Below, in pieces: positions 27,601 to 40,733 of a DNA stretch of 64,000 nucleotides. The DNA comes from Paragordius varius (lineage: Eukaryota; Animalia; Nematomorpha), in contig OZ176058.1 in assembly GCA_964247055.1 (NCBI GenBank), positions 2,852,001 to 2,916,000 on the forward strand, read 5' to 3'. A program made the position numbers and the translations under genes. The first letter of the stretch is position 1. Every line of letters starts with the position of its first letter. The notes under the pieces are model-generated. The model was not told where the DNA came from. It was given only the letters and a program-made list of their open reading frames with translations, and ran no database searches.

Positions 27601-30600
27601 ATATTTAAAATTTCGTTTACCTCCCTTGAAAGGAGAAAATAGCGTATAAAGGTGATATAAATATTTAAATTTATGAAATTTAATAACCGAAAAAATTCAA
27701 TTTTAAAAATTAATAATAAACATATGATATCAAAACTTCATATGTTTTTTTAAAAAATCTTTCAAAAAAACTAACCGGAATTAGGTGAGCCCGGTGTAAT
27801 ATCACTAGACATTCCATCTTGCGCTAGAATGCGAATCAAATAATGCGATTTAACTTCGCGGTCCAGGGGGAGTCTAGTAAAAATTTCGCCTGTGCTGCTA
27901 TTGATAGAAAAGGCGGCCCAATCTAATGTTAAAATAAATGAATTAAAAATTTTTATAAATTCGATTGAATTTATTAACACTTGGATTCAAACTAGGGTTG
28001 CTAAATACCCCAGACTATATTTAAGTTTTTATTTTTCAAAAACCACTGAAAGAAATGGTCCAAATTTAAATTTATGCTTCTATCCTAATCAATATTATAT
28101 AAATAGGCCGAAATATCTAATAAAATTTGGTTTTAAAAAAATAGTTCCATATCAAACTACTTCGGTGCCATTTTTATTTTACAATATTTTTGTAAAATAT
28201 TGTGTTTATTTGATTTTAAATCTAAAATGAAATTTTTCATTTAAATCATATCAAACATTGATAGAAAAAGAAAAAAAGGGCGATTTTCTATTATTTTTAA
28301 ATTTAGCTAATGCACAAATGTCACGTTGACTAAATTTTTACCTTTCGGTTTTAGCTTAAAATAAGTACAAGTATTTTTGAATAAAATTTTTTATATATTT
28401 TGAATCATTCATATTATAATGTGCAAATTTTTGATATGGTTTCAATTCATTCCATATTTTTTAAAGAATTTAATTTTAAACAGGCCTGGGGCATCCAACT
28501 AACCCAATTTGGATCGCAGGACTGAAATGAATGTCTTGTATCCAAGTGTTAAATATATTTTTTAAACTGTTTAAAAAATAAAAAAAAAAGATAAAATTTA
28601 TATTTTGATGTTAAACTTTCGCCTGTACTTATATCGTTTATTTTTAGGATGAATTTGAATTGTTCAAGGGTAAATTTGAATTGTCCGAGGTTAAATTTTA
28701 ATTGTTTAAGGGTAAATTTGAACGTTTTTATATAAAAAAAGTCAGACCTTTCTGAATTCTATTGGAACCTTCTAAAGAAGAATCATCTATATTTTCTTGA
28801 CCATCAGCTGTTGTTTCCTGGTCGCTGGTTGTCCTCGTGAAATGCGCCCCCTCTTCCCTCGCAATCTCATATGTTATGCTGTTTGCTGGTGAAGTCAAGT
28901 CAGCATCCTCAGCCCTAACTGTTATAACGCTCGTCCCGGGTGGACTGTCTTCCCGCACAGTGGCGGGAAAACTATCAAGTGCAAAGATTGGGGCATTATC
29001 ATTCGCATCTTCAATATCAATCGTGATGTAGGTGTCCTGTATAATAATTTCAAAAAAAAATTATTAAAAATATACTATTTATACAATTCAAATTCACCCT
29101 CGAACAATTCCAATTCACCCTTAAACAATTCACTTTCACCCTCAAATAAAATGTATGTTTTTTAAGATTAAAAATTACCTATATTCTATATATTTTTAAA
29201 AAATAAAATTTTGTTTTAAAATAAAATAATACTGAAAAAATAATAAACTATACAATAAACATATATTTCATAATAATAATGAGTTATATTAGTTCGAAAA
29301 CACATAATTTATTTTTAGGGTGAATTTAAATTGTTCAAGTGTGAATTTGATGTTCAAGGGTGAACTTGAACTGCAAATGGTATATATGAAAAATTTTGGT
29401 TATATAAGAAGTTTCAATGTTGAAAATTTTATTATCTAGATTAATTTGTTTATAGGTTCTTAAAAATTAAGACAAGAATTTAACATATATAATAGAAATT
29501 TTCTAAACTATCGAGCGAAAAAAGTGGTTCTTAAAATGGATAATTATAATAATTTTAATATTTTCAATTTTAAAAAGATTATATCTGTTTTTTCCAATTA
29601 TTTTAAAATGTAAACCAAAAGAATGCAAACTCAAGAAGCCCCAAAATATCTACTATTTATTTTATCCATAAATTATTTAAATTTTACTGATTCCAATTGG
29701 ATGGGGGCATTATTTTTGGCCCGGAGTGTTATATTGTATTTACTAACGCGTTCATAGTCAAGCGAACTGTATAGTTTTATTAAGGCAACACTAGCATTCG
29801 TAGGATCCTGCACAATTTCAAACGTTCGATCACGATTTTGAAAGGCTTGATTACCTTGCAGAATTGAGTATCTGGTGGGAATATTAATATAAAAATAAAT
29901 TGTTAAAAGAATATTAAAATTTATGAGTGGAATAAAAAAATATTATTTATTTTTTGGCTATAATTTTAAAAAACTGCAAAACATTGCTTGTTAAACACTT
30001 TCAAAAATGTTTGAGACCTTTCAAAAGGCATTCTTATCCAATAATTGCAAACACCATGTATATAACTTCCACAAAATAATCCAAAATTTTTTTTACAGAA
30101 TTCTTCACAATTTAATTAAGTGGATTATTATTATTTCGCGACATAAAAGTCACAACACAAAGCGGCAAGAGAAGGGAAATACTTGTGATTTCGAATTAGG
30201 TATATTTTCCATTTTTCATTACTTTTAAAAAACACAAAGAGTAATTGACTATAAAATTTATCTTACAAAAACCTTATAACCCGTTAAAAAAAATTTTAAT
30301 TTTTCAAAACTTCCCAAAACTGCAAACTCTTTCAAAAACATAATATCTTTGAAGAACTCATTACTCTTTAAAAAACGCAAATTGTTTCAACAACCCAGAT
30401 TATTCTGAAATGTCAAATTTTTTCCCAAAAACCGACTTAAAAACCCTTCTGAACTTTCGGATATTAGTACTTGCTAAGAGCAGCTAAGCGAGCAATTATA
30501 ACTCGTGGGGTCTATCACTTAGCCCCGTCTTGTGGTAAAAAACACTACTAAATATTTTTCAATAAAACCTAGCTAAAGTTTTCAGTTGAGATCTTAAAAA

Positions 30601-33600
30601 ACGCACAAAACATAGCACTTCTCAAAAAAATTTGAAAAATTTCATGCATCAAAACCCTGATAAAAAACGTCATAACTTTTCACACAAAGCGAATTCTTAA
30701 AAACACACTCCAAATCTCAAAAAAGCAAGATTATTTTTAAAAATTTATTGTAAAATATGTTTTTTCGTACTGAACTCTTGGATCCTGGTACATGCTAAAA
30801 GCTGCTAGGCGAGCCACTATACTTCCTCGTGGAGCCATTTCACTCAACCGGGTCACGTGATAAGGAGCACCAATCCAAGCGGGCGGTTCAATGTCACGTC
30901 CCGTGACTATGATCCGTACACTGACGGTGCTACTAAGGGCTGGTGTGCCCTTATCTTGCGCTATGGCTGTAAGGTTAAAATCACCGCTTTCCTGCAAAGT
31001 GAAATAAAATTATTCATTTTTTGTAAAATAATTGTATTAAAAGAAAAATTAAATAAAATTATATTTTTGAATAAATTTTTTTTTTGAAAATGGTATACAT
31101 TCCTCAAAAACGCAAATGTCTAAACTATCCCAAAAAACAAAACTATTCGAAAATCGGTTAATTCCGATATTATAAAAATATTTACCAGTTAATTCATACC
31201 TTTTTCTAGAAAATCTAAAGATAAACGAAATTCTTCAATTTCAACAAACTTTCATAAAAACACTTTCCAACCTAAATCTTGCTCCGTACTTACCCCAATG
31301 AGAGGCGCTCCCACACTTATCCACCCCGTTTCAGGATCTATCGTAAATAGATCCGTTCCCAAAAGCTGTTCTAAACTTTCAGCAGAAGTTTTCTCTTCTC
31401 CCTCAGAACTTTTGTCCAGCTGTTTTGTGGCGCCAAAAGATGACGATGATGACATGAAATCTGGGGCTGTCCAAATGGCATGAGCATCGCTATTAGCCTT
31501 AACCAAACCATAACTAATTTCCCCATTAGGTCCTTCATCAGGATCGCTGGCAGAAACGCGTAAAAAGGGTGTATGAACGGGTGTACCAGCCTCTACGCTT
31601 TTATCATACCGACTTTGGCTGAAACTGTATTGATAGAACGAAAAATGAAAAATGTGAATTTAGAAGGACTATGTTGGTTAATTTGAGAAATATAAATTTG
31701 ATATATACCATTTGCACTTCAAGAGTGTCCTTGAACACTTCAAGTTGGTCCTCGAACAATTCAAGTTGGTCCTTGAACAAAAGTTGGTCCTTGAACAGTT
31801 CAAGTTGGTCCTTGAACATTTCAAATTGGTCCTTAAAAGTTCAAGTTGGTCCTTGAACATTTCAAGTTGGTCCTTGAACAGTTCAAGTTGGTCCTTGAAC
31901 ATTTCAAATTGGTCCTTAAAAGTTCAAGTTGGTCCTTGAACATTTCAAGTTGGTCCTTGAACAGTTCAAGTTGGTCCTTGAACATTTCAAGTTGGTCCTT
32001 GAACATTTCAAGTTAGTCCTTGAACAGTTCAAGTTGGTCCTTGAACATTTCAAACTTGAAGTGTTCAAGGACACTCTTGAAGTGCAAATGGTCTTGAAGT
32101 GTTCGAGGACACTCTTGAAGTGCAAATAGTATATGTATGAGTTTATGAATAATATAGTGTAGTTTGAAAAAAAGTAAAAATGAATAAGAATCGGAAAATA
32201 GATATTATAGGTATAATTCATATCAACTCTGACCTAAAGAGAATGCGCATAAAAAAGGTAAAAACGTAAAAATTGATAACATCGAATATGTATGTATAAC
32301 AATTTAAATATAAAACTTTATGCAAAAATTTAACACATATATAAATAGTGGATCACGTTTATACATATTTTCAATTAATTCTTAAATAAAAACGTACCTC
32401 GGTTCATTATCATTTCGATCGCCAATATTAACAGTGAAAGTACAAACCCCAATAAGTGGTCGGTCTCCCCGGTCTGTAGCGGTTACCGTTAGAGATCGCT
32501 TATAACCACCAGAAACAGCGGATGAAGCAGAGCTTAGCGTATTAGAAGCGGACCCTGAAACGAGATGGAGAGATTCTTCACGATCCAGAGGTATGGCTGT
32601 TTTAACCAGCTAGAAATATTTCAAACAAAAAAAGGTTATATTTTACATTTCATGAATAAAAATATTATAAAATAACCACAAAATACCGGATAATATTTAC
32701 AAAATTTCCAAATAAATAATAAAAGAACACCATAAACGCAAAAATTCATAATTTGTCCACATAAATTCGCTAGAAATCTCAAAATTGTTTTAGAAACGCC
32801 AAATGCACAATTCAATAAAAATCTCTAAATTACCAAAAATTACGAATTCGCGAAAAAACTTCAAAAGATCACTAGAAATGTTTAAATTTCTGTAAAACCC
32901 ACACCCCAGTATTAGGTTTGATGGTAAAAACCGGGCAGGCTCGGCCCGGTAGATATTGTAGCGGACATGTAAATTTACTATGGCTATCAATAGCTCGGAC
33001 CGTTACCCGTGTACTTAGGGAGAGATAATTTTTGCGTAAATTATTATTAATACTTGCAAGAACAATCATACTTTTAATTGCAAAATTTTGTTAACAACAA
33101 TGATATTTCATTTAAAAACCCATATGACACCCAAAATCCCAATATTCTGCTAGCGATGTCAAAATATGAAAAACTCAAGGCTTCGCTAAAATATCCGGAT
33201 TTTTCCTGAAACCTTAAAATTTTGCTATAATAAAACCTTAAAAACCTAATCCAGTATCAGGTTCTATTGTAATAACCGGTCTTGCTCGACCCGGTTCAAT
33301 ATTGTAACGGCCTTGTCCATCCAGTCCGCTACCTCTATTAATAGGACAGTTATAACTGGTGTCTCGAGGGGAATATTCTGAGTAAACTCTCAAAATGTTA
33401 TTACCTCAAACTTTTCCATTCATATTTAGATAAAAACCTCAAAATTTTGCCAAACCAAATGAAGACCAAAATCTTGGATACGTCCAAAATTGATTGGATT
33501 TATTAAATTATAATAAAAACTTCTGACTTTCTGGTAGAAACCTCAAATTTTAACAAAACATTTAGCTTTTTAATAAAAATTTAGTGACCGATATATATTT

Positions 33601-36600
33601 TTTAAAAACTTACCCCAGTATCAGGTTCTATGGTAAAAACCGGTCGAGCTCGACCCGGCTCAATATTGTAGCGGACTTGTCCATCCAGTTCGCTACCGCT
33701 ATCAATAGCTCAGACCGTTATAACTGGTGTCTCGAGGGGAATATTCTGAGTAAACTCTCAAAATGTTATTACCTCAAACTTTTCCATTCATATTTAGATA
33801 AAAACCTCAAAATTTTGCCAAACCAAATGAAGACCAAAATCTTGGATACGTCCAAAATTGATTGGATTTATTAAATTATAATAAAAACTTCTGCTTTTCT
33901 GGTAGAAACCTCAAATTTTAACAAAACAACATTTAGCTTTTTGATAAAAATTCAGAAGCCGATATATATTTTTTAAAAAGTTACCCCAGTATCAGGTTCT
34001 ATGGTAAAAACCGGTCTTGCTCGACCCGGTTCAATATTGTAGCGGACTTGTCCATTTAGTCCGCTATCGCTATCAATAGCTCGGACAGTTATAACTGGTG
34101 TCCCAGGCGGGCTATTTTCCAGCACAGTTGGGTTATAACTCCCACAATCAGGGAATTCGGGTTTGTTGTTATTAATGTCTAGGACACGGACCACCACAAG
34201 TGCTTCAGTTACGTGACGTATACCGCTAAAATGAATAAAATCGAAATTAAAATCTTTCATTAATTTAAAGATGTAATATCAAATTAAAATATATAAATTA
34301 TTCAAATTGAATATTATATTTTTGTGAGGAAAACAATCCAATTAATTAATTAAAATTATAATTTTTAGAATAGGAGAAAAAATTAAATTTATATTTAGAT
34401 TTGGTTTATACCATTTACAAATCAAATTCACCCCAAAAAATTCGGTGTTTTCGGGAGTTTATTATTTTTGCAGTTTTATTCTAATTTTTAACAAAATTTC
34501 TTTATAAAAAATATAATTTTTATTTTAAAAAACATATAATTTATTTTAGGATAAATAAATTTGAATTGTTCGAGAATGAATTCGAATTATTCAATGATGC
34601 ATTTAAATTCAAGGGTGAATTTGAACAGTAAATGGTATATTTTACAAAAGATTATATATAATGCAACATATTTTAATGTTAAAAAACGTGAAATAGTAAA
34701 TTTACCTATGGCTATATATCCCTTAATAAGATAGTATTTTAAAATTATTTGAAAAATAAAATATATTCAATTAAACTTAGATTCAGCACAACAGGAGCCA
34801 TCATCTGTAGCTGTGATGTTCAGTGTATAAAACTCTTTTCGTAAAAGGGTCCCACCTTGTGAACTGGAGGAATGATACTTATTCAAGCCTAAATAAAATA
34901 TAAATTTATTAAAAGACACAATAAAAAAGGATGGATTTTTAAATATTTAATAATAGCTTTAATAAAAACAAAATCGACCTTTGTTTAAAAATAATTATTT
35001 ATTGAAAAAGCTCTTATTATACAAATTTAAATCAAAATCAAATATATGGAAATTTTTATAAATAAACCCCTGGATTTTATTAACCATAAAAACAAATAAT
35101 ATAAAATTTAAATTGATACAAAATTTAGTGTTAAAAACAGGCATGAAAATGTATTGATAAAAATAAAAATATCAATTCATATTTTATAATTATAATTTTT
35201 CATTCTTCAAAAATATTTTATATATAATTCATCCATTTTAATAAAAAAACACTCTAAAAAACCTTGATATAATAACCCTGGAAACAATTTAAAAACAAAA
35301 CTGTAAATTGTTTAAAGAATTTTTCCAAAAAACTAAATAAATTATTTTAACTAACAGGTGATTAATGAATCAATTTATATGTAATTATACCATTTCCAAT
35401 CCCATTTTCTGTGATGGAATCAGCTGTGTTTGGGCTCCCAATCAGGGTTATAACGCCATCAGGATTAATGTGGAAATCATCGGAATATTCGCTACCACCT
35501 ATTAATTTAAAAAATAAATATTATTTTATATATAACAGGAAATTTGAGGGAACTCTATGTAAAATTTTTTACTAAAATGCAAAGAAAATATTTTTTAAGG
35601 AAATGGTTTTTTTTAATTATAGTAAAAACATTTTAGCAAGTATTTTCGGACAAAAGCGTTTAATTTAAAGCTATATTTATTTGCTTAATCCCCTAAAAAA
35701 TTAATTAACTCAAATACTGCTTTAAATGATTATTACATTTTTTAACTTGAATGTTTTTTTATGGTTTATTCAATAAATCTTGAACTATTTTTAATAGTAT
35801 TTTATACATTTATCCATTTCTTGAAAAAAACTTTACAAGAAATGCCTTTAAAATTGTAGATATTATCTCTATCTATATTAAATAATAATAACCTTCCTTT
35901 AAAACTATAAAACAAACCTCAAATTTGTTATTACTACATATATTGCATAAAACTTAAAAATTAACTGTTTTAAAAACATATATTCTAAAATATTTAAAAT
36001 AATCAATTAACTTATTTTCCCAAAAAAACCTTAAAAACTATAGAAAACAAGCTTAAACTTTTAAATTGTTTTTATTTTTAAAAAACGTTAACTGTTTTAA
36101 AAATAATTATTTAAACCCCGTTCCACCCTTTAAAAAAACAAAAAAATACTTGAACCTTCCCTAGATAAACCTTAAACTTTCAAAAAAAATTAAAGAGATT
36201 AGGTAAAACTATAAAGAACATATATCAGGGTCCATGGCATTAATTAATATATACAGTTTAAAAATATAAACTTATTTACAAAAAACTGTATAGAAATTCG
36301 ATTTTTAAGAAGGCCAATAACTTTGACTCTCAATTTTAATAGAAACTTTTTAAAAAATCCATATTATTTAAATTATGGTAAAAAAATGCAAATTCTTAAT
36401 AAAATTATCCGAAACTCCTAAAAAATTACTACAAACTTCAAAACTTTAAAAAGTAATAAATTATAATATCCTTAAAATGATAAAGATTATCTCCATCAAA
36501 ATTAAATAATAATAATAACTTTCAATTAAACACTAAATTAAGAATAAATTTGTTATCATATAGGCTTTAACAAAGTTTAACTGTTTTAGCCCCCCTTCCA

Positions 36601-39600
36601 CCCTTCTAAAAAAACCAAAAAATCCTTAAACCTCCCCCAAATAAAATCTTAAACTTTGAAATATTTTTCTCTAAAAAAACCATATCTTGGAAACAATTAA
36701 TGTGGTATTTCTTTCAGAGTCCAGCACACATAATATTTCGTGTAGGCATTTCATAATAACTATCAGTTTATTTTTTTCACGATTAAGAGTAAAAAAATTT
36801 AAATCCTAAAATAACTCAAAAAAATTCCCCAACAAACTTCAAAAATTAAAAAATTTCCAAAAACAACTTACTTTCAAAACTGTAAAAATATTATATCCTT
36901 CATACGATATTCAAACCTTAATATGTGTAAAATTTTTAGCCATACAAAAAGTTTTTGAAACATAAAACACCTAAAATAACTCATAAAAAATTCCATAATT
37001 AAAAAATAAAAAAATTTCCAAAAACAACTTACTTTCAAAACTGTAAAAATATTATATCCTTCAGGGTGTACGATATTCAAACATTAATATGTGTACAATT
37101 TTTGAAAATAGCCATCGAAAAAATATTATTAGTTTTTTTGAATCAAATTTTATTTATTACACGACTTTAAGAGTGTAAAAAAATTTAAATCCTAAAATAA
37201 CTCATAAAAAGTTCCCTAACAAACTTCAAAAATTAAAAAATTCCAAAAAAACAACTTGCTTTCAAAACTTTTATCCTTGAGGGTGTACGATATTCAAACA
37301 TTAATATGTGTACAATTTTTAAAAACAGCCATACAAAAAATATTATTAGTTTTTTTGCATTCTAAAATAACTGAAAAATTCCATAATTAAAAAATAAAAA
37401 TATTCCAAACTTACTTTCAAAACTGTAAAAATATTATATCCTTCAGAGTGTACCATATTCAAATATTAATATGTGTACAATTTTTAAAAACAGCCATACA
37501 AAAAATATTATTAGTTTTTTTGCATCCTAAAATAACTGAAAAATTCCATAATTCAAAAATAAAAAAATTCCAAAAACAACTTACTTTTAAAACTGCAAAA
37601 ATATAATATCTGTCAGAGTGTACGATATTCAAACATTAATATGTGTAGAATTTTTACAGCCATACAAACATTCAAAAAATAGCCCTAAAAAATTCCCTAA
37701 ACATTTCAAAACTTTAAAAATGAAAAATCCTACCTTTAAAACTATAGAAAACATTGTCTCCATCAGGGTCCACGGCATTAACACTAAGGACTACGGCACC
37801 TGAGCTGGCATCTTCGCTGATTTCGGGCACATAAACATTCCGAGAAAATATGGGCGCTTCATCGTTCACGTTAGAAACGATGATTTTAACCTAAAGTTCA
37901 ATAAAAAAATGATAAATTTTAAAAGTTTTAATTTATGATTTTTAACTGTAAAATATTATAAAAAATTAATTTTGAAAAATATTTTATTGAAAGTAAATAA
38001 TTTGAAGCATATGAACATTTCAAGAAAGGAATACATCAATTTTATGCGATGATTTTGAGCTTTAGGAAAATTATAAAAAAATTTGTTTTTAAAAATAAAA
38101 TTTATTCAAAGATTAAAAAGTCTAAAAGTTTAACGAATTTTTTGATTTTTAAAAATGTAAAAAAAAGGTTGTCTGTCAAACAGTTTCTAGAAGAAATTAA
38201 AAGATATTAAAAACTCTTTCCTCTTTGAAATACCTAAATAACCCCAAAACTTTGCATAAGTAACTTTTTTCAAAAAACTCACTTGAGCTATTGAACTCCG
38301 GGCTGGGGTCCCATTATCCCTAGCTCGTACCCGAAAAACGTAAGCATGTTTTTGATGAAACCCATCATTATTATTTGATCCGGGGTTAAAATTTTGACGC
38401 CCGAAATTATTAATTTTATTAACGTTTTCATTATTTTCCATATTTAGATTATTTGGATTGGTGCCATCTGTAAGCGAATTCGAATTCATTATTGGAGTTT
38501 CATAATCCAAAGTAGCTCGGTTACGAATAACCCCAGTCACGGGATCAATGCTAAATGTTTCGTGAACGTTTGCTCGGCCCGGGGTAATGCGCTGTGAATT
38601 TAATACAGAAAATAAAAAAGATTGATATTGCAATTCGTAAATACAGAAAATAAAAAAGATTGAATTTGCCATTAATAAATGAAATATTTTTTAAATTCAG
38701 CATAAAACTCTAACCAATAATTTACAGAATTGGAAATTATACCTACAGAGACAAATTGCAAAAACTAAAAGATATATTTTTCACAATCAAAAACTTAGTG
38801 TTGCTTTTACAGTATATATTGAACTTATTTTAAAAACGTAAAAACATTTTAATTTAACTTAAATTAATTTGACAATAAAATACATAAATATGGATCATTC
38901 AATGATGAAAAATTGTTGCTTTTAATGTAAAAATTGAGGCATACATAAGAAAATGAGAGATATATATATTTTTCATTCAAAAATAATTTTTTCAAAAGAA
39001 AACTTTACCTAATATTTAATAAATGTTGCTTTTACAGTAAAAATTGAAATTATACAGAGACGAAACGTTAATTTAAAAACAAATATTTTCACACACAAAG
39101 AAAACAAAAAATTTTTTATAACATAGTTTAGCTTATCATATTGGGTTCCAAACTCAGGATTAAAAATATTGTATTATGGAATGACATAAAACTTTGTCTA
39201 TTAATCATTATAAGTAAAAAATGTGGTTTATAAACAAAATAATTGCATTGCATTTAAAACAAACCATATTTTCCCAAAGGTTAAAAACTATGCGTTATAA
39301 CAAAATAGTAGCCGAATGAAAATTTTGCCTTCAACTAATAAAAATATTGGTCTTTAAATGGAAAAAATGGTAGAAATTTTATGCATTTTATAAAGTAGGA
39401 ATATAAACTCTTACTGTATTTTCAAAATTGTTAGTTCCTGTAAGAAGAGGAGGTATAACCTCAAAAGCCGAAAGCAAATCATATGTTATTTGACCAAAAT
39501 GGCCGCTATCTGCATCACTGGCTTGCACTAAAAAGTGTTAAAATAAAATGATTTTTTTAACAAAAAAAAATATTAAAAATTATAAAATATTTTGGAAAAT

Positions 39601-40688
39601 ATAACTTTTCAAAAACAAAATACTCAAAACATAAAATATTGACTGATTTTTATTAATTTTGGGGGAAATAACTGAAAAATAAGTAGTTATTTTTAAACAA
39701 TATTTATTTAGTTATAAATAAAATATTTTATAACTACATCTTAAAAAAATTGATGCGTTAGATAAGTTTTAAGTTTAAAAACAGCTAAAAATTTTGACAT
39801 TTACTTAACCTTAAAAGTATCTAAAATAAAAAAATATATTTCTAATAAAAAACGATTAAAATCAATATATATATAATAAAAAAAACATATACAAAAGTGG
39901 TTAAAATATTAATCAAAAGCAAAAAAAGTTATAAATTTTTTCATTGATATTGAAAAAATATGTAAAAACGATTCTTGATCGAAATGATCAAAAAGTAAAT
40001 TAATTAATTTAAATAATAAATAAAAACTTAATTTCTTAAAAATTAAAAAATTAAAAAATTAAATTTAGTAAAAAATAAAAAAAAAGTTACCTTTTAAAAG
40101 TTCAGTGCCTATGGGTACGTCCTCAGGGATTTTTTGTTTAACATATTCGGGTTGACTAAATACGGGTCCATTATCATTAATGTCCAATACGTTTATAGTT
40201 AGCTTAATTATTAGAGAAATAAATTAATTTAATAACATATTTTAGGTAATATATTGATAAATTTGATAATCTTTTTTTGGCTATATTATATCAGAAAAAT
40301 AAAAAATTGGTAAAAAAAAATAAATAATTAAAAATTAATATATTCGTAAATTATAAAAAAAATATTAATATAATATATAAGTCTAGTATCATGTATTTCT
40401 TATATATCTATAGTTAACCTTAAAATATTAATAAGTAAAAAAGTTTAAAATAATAAGGTAAAATATTTTTTGATTATTTTAAAAATATGAATGTTTTATG
40501 CTACTAATTGCTGGAATACAGAGAGATATATTAATTTACATAAAATAGATGTCCATACTTTTTTAGCAACCTTGATTTTTTTCTAATAAATTAACCAAAA
40601 AAAATATTTTATTAAATTATTTTTTTTATCAACCTCATTGAATTTAATTAACATCAAAAACTATTTTAAACATAGTTTTAAATTTTAT

Positions 40689-40733
<45 letters not shown>

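Noticed and set aside
31604-32221. Overlapping repetitive ORFs (FKDQLEL.., SSWSLN..) and a CRISPR-like look of the 21-bp array
   Set aside because: They come from the family B tandem array. There are no unique spacers and no cas genes, and the context is a eukaryotic intron.
33710-33712. TGA as a sense codon (variant genetic code or selenocysteine)
   Set aside because: All 53 true exons are stop-free in the standard code and use TGG for Trp; CGA to TGA is an ordinary CpG transition.
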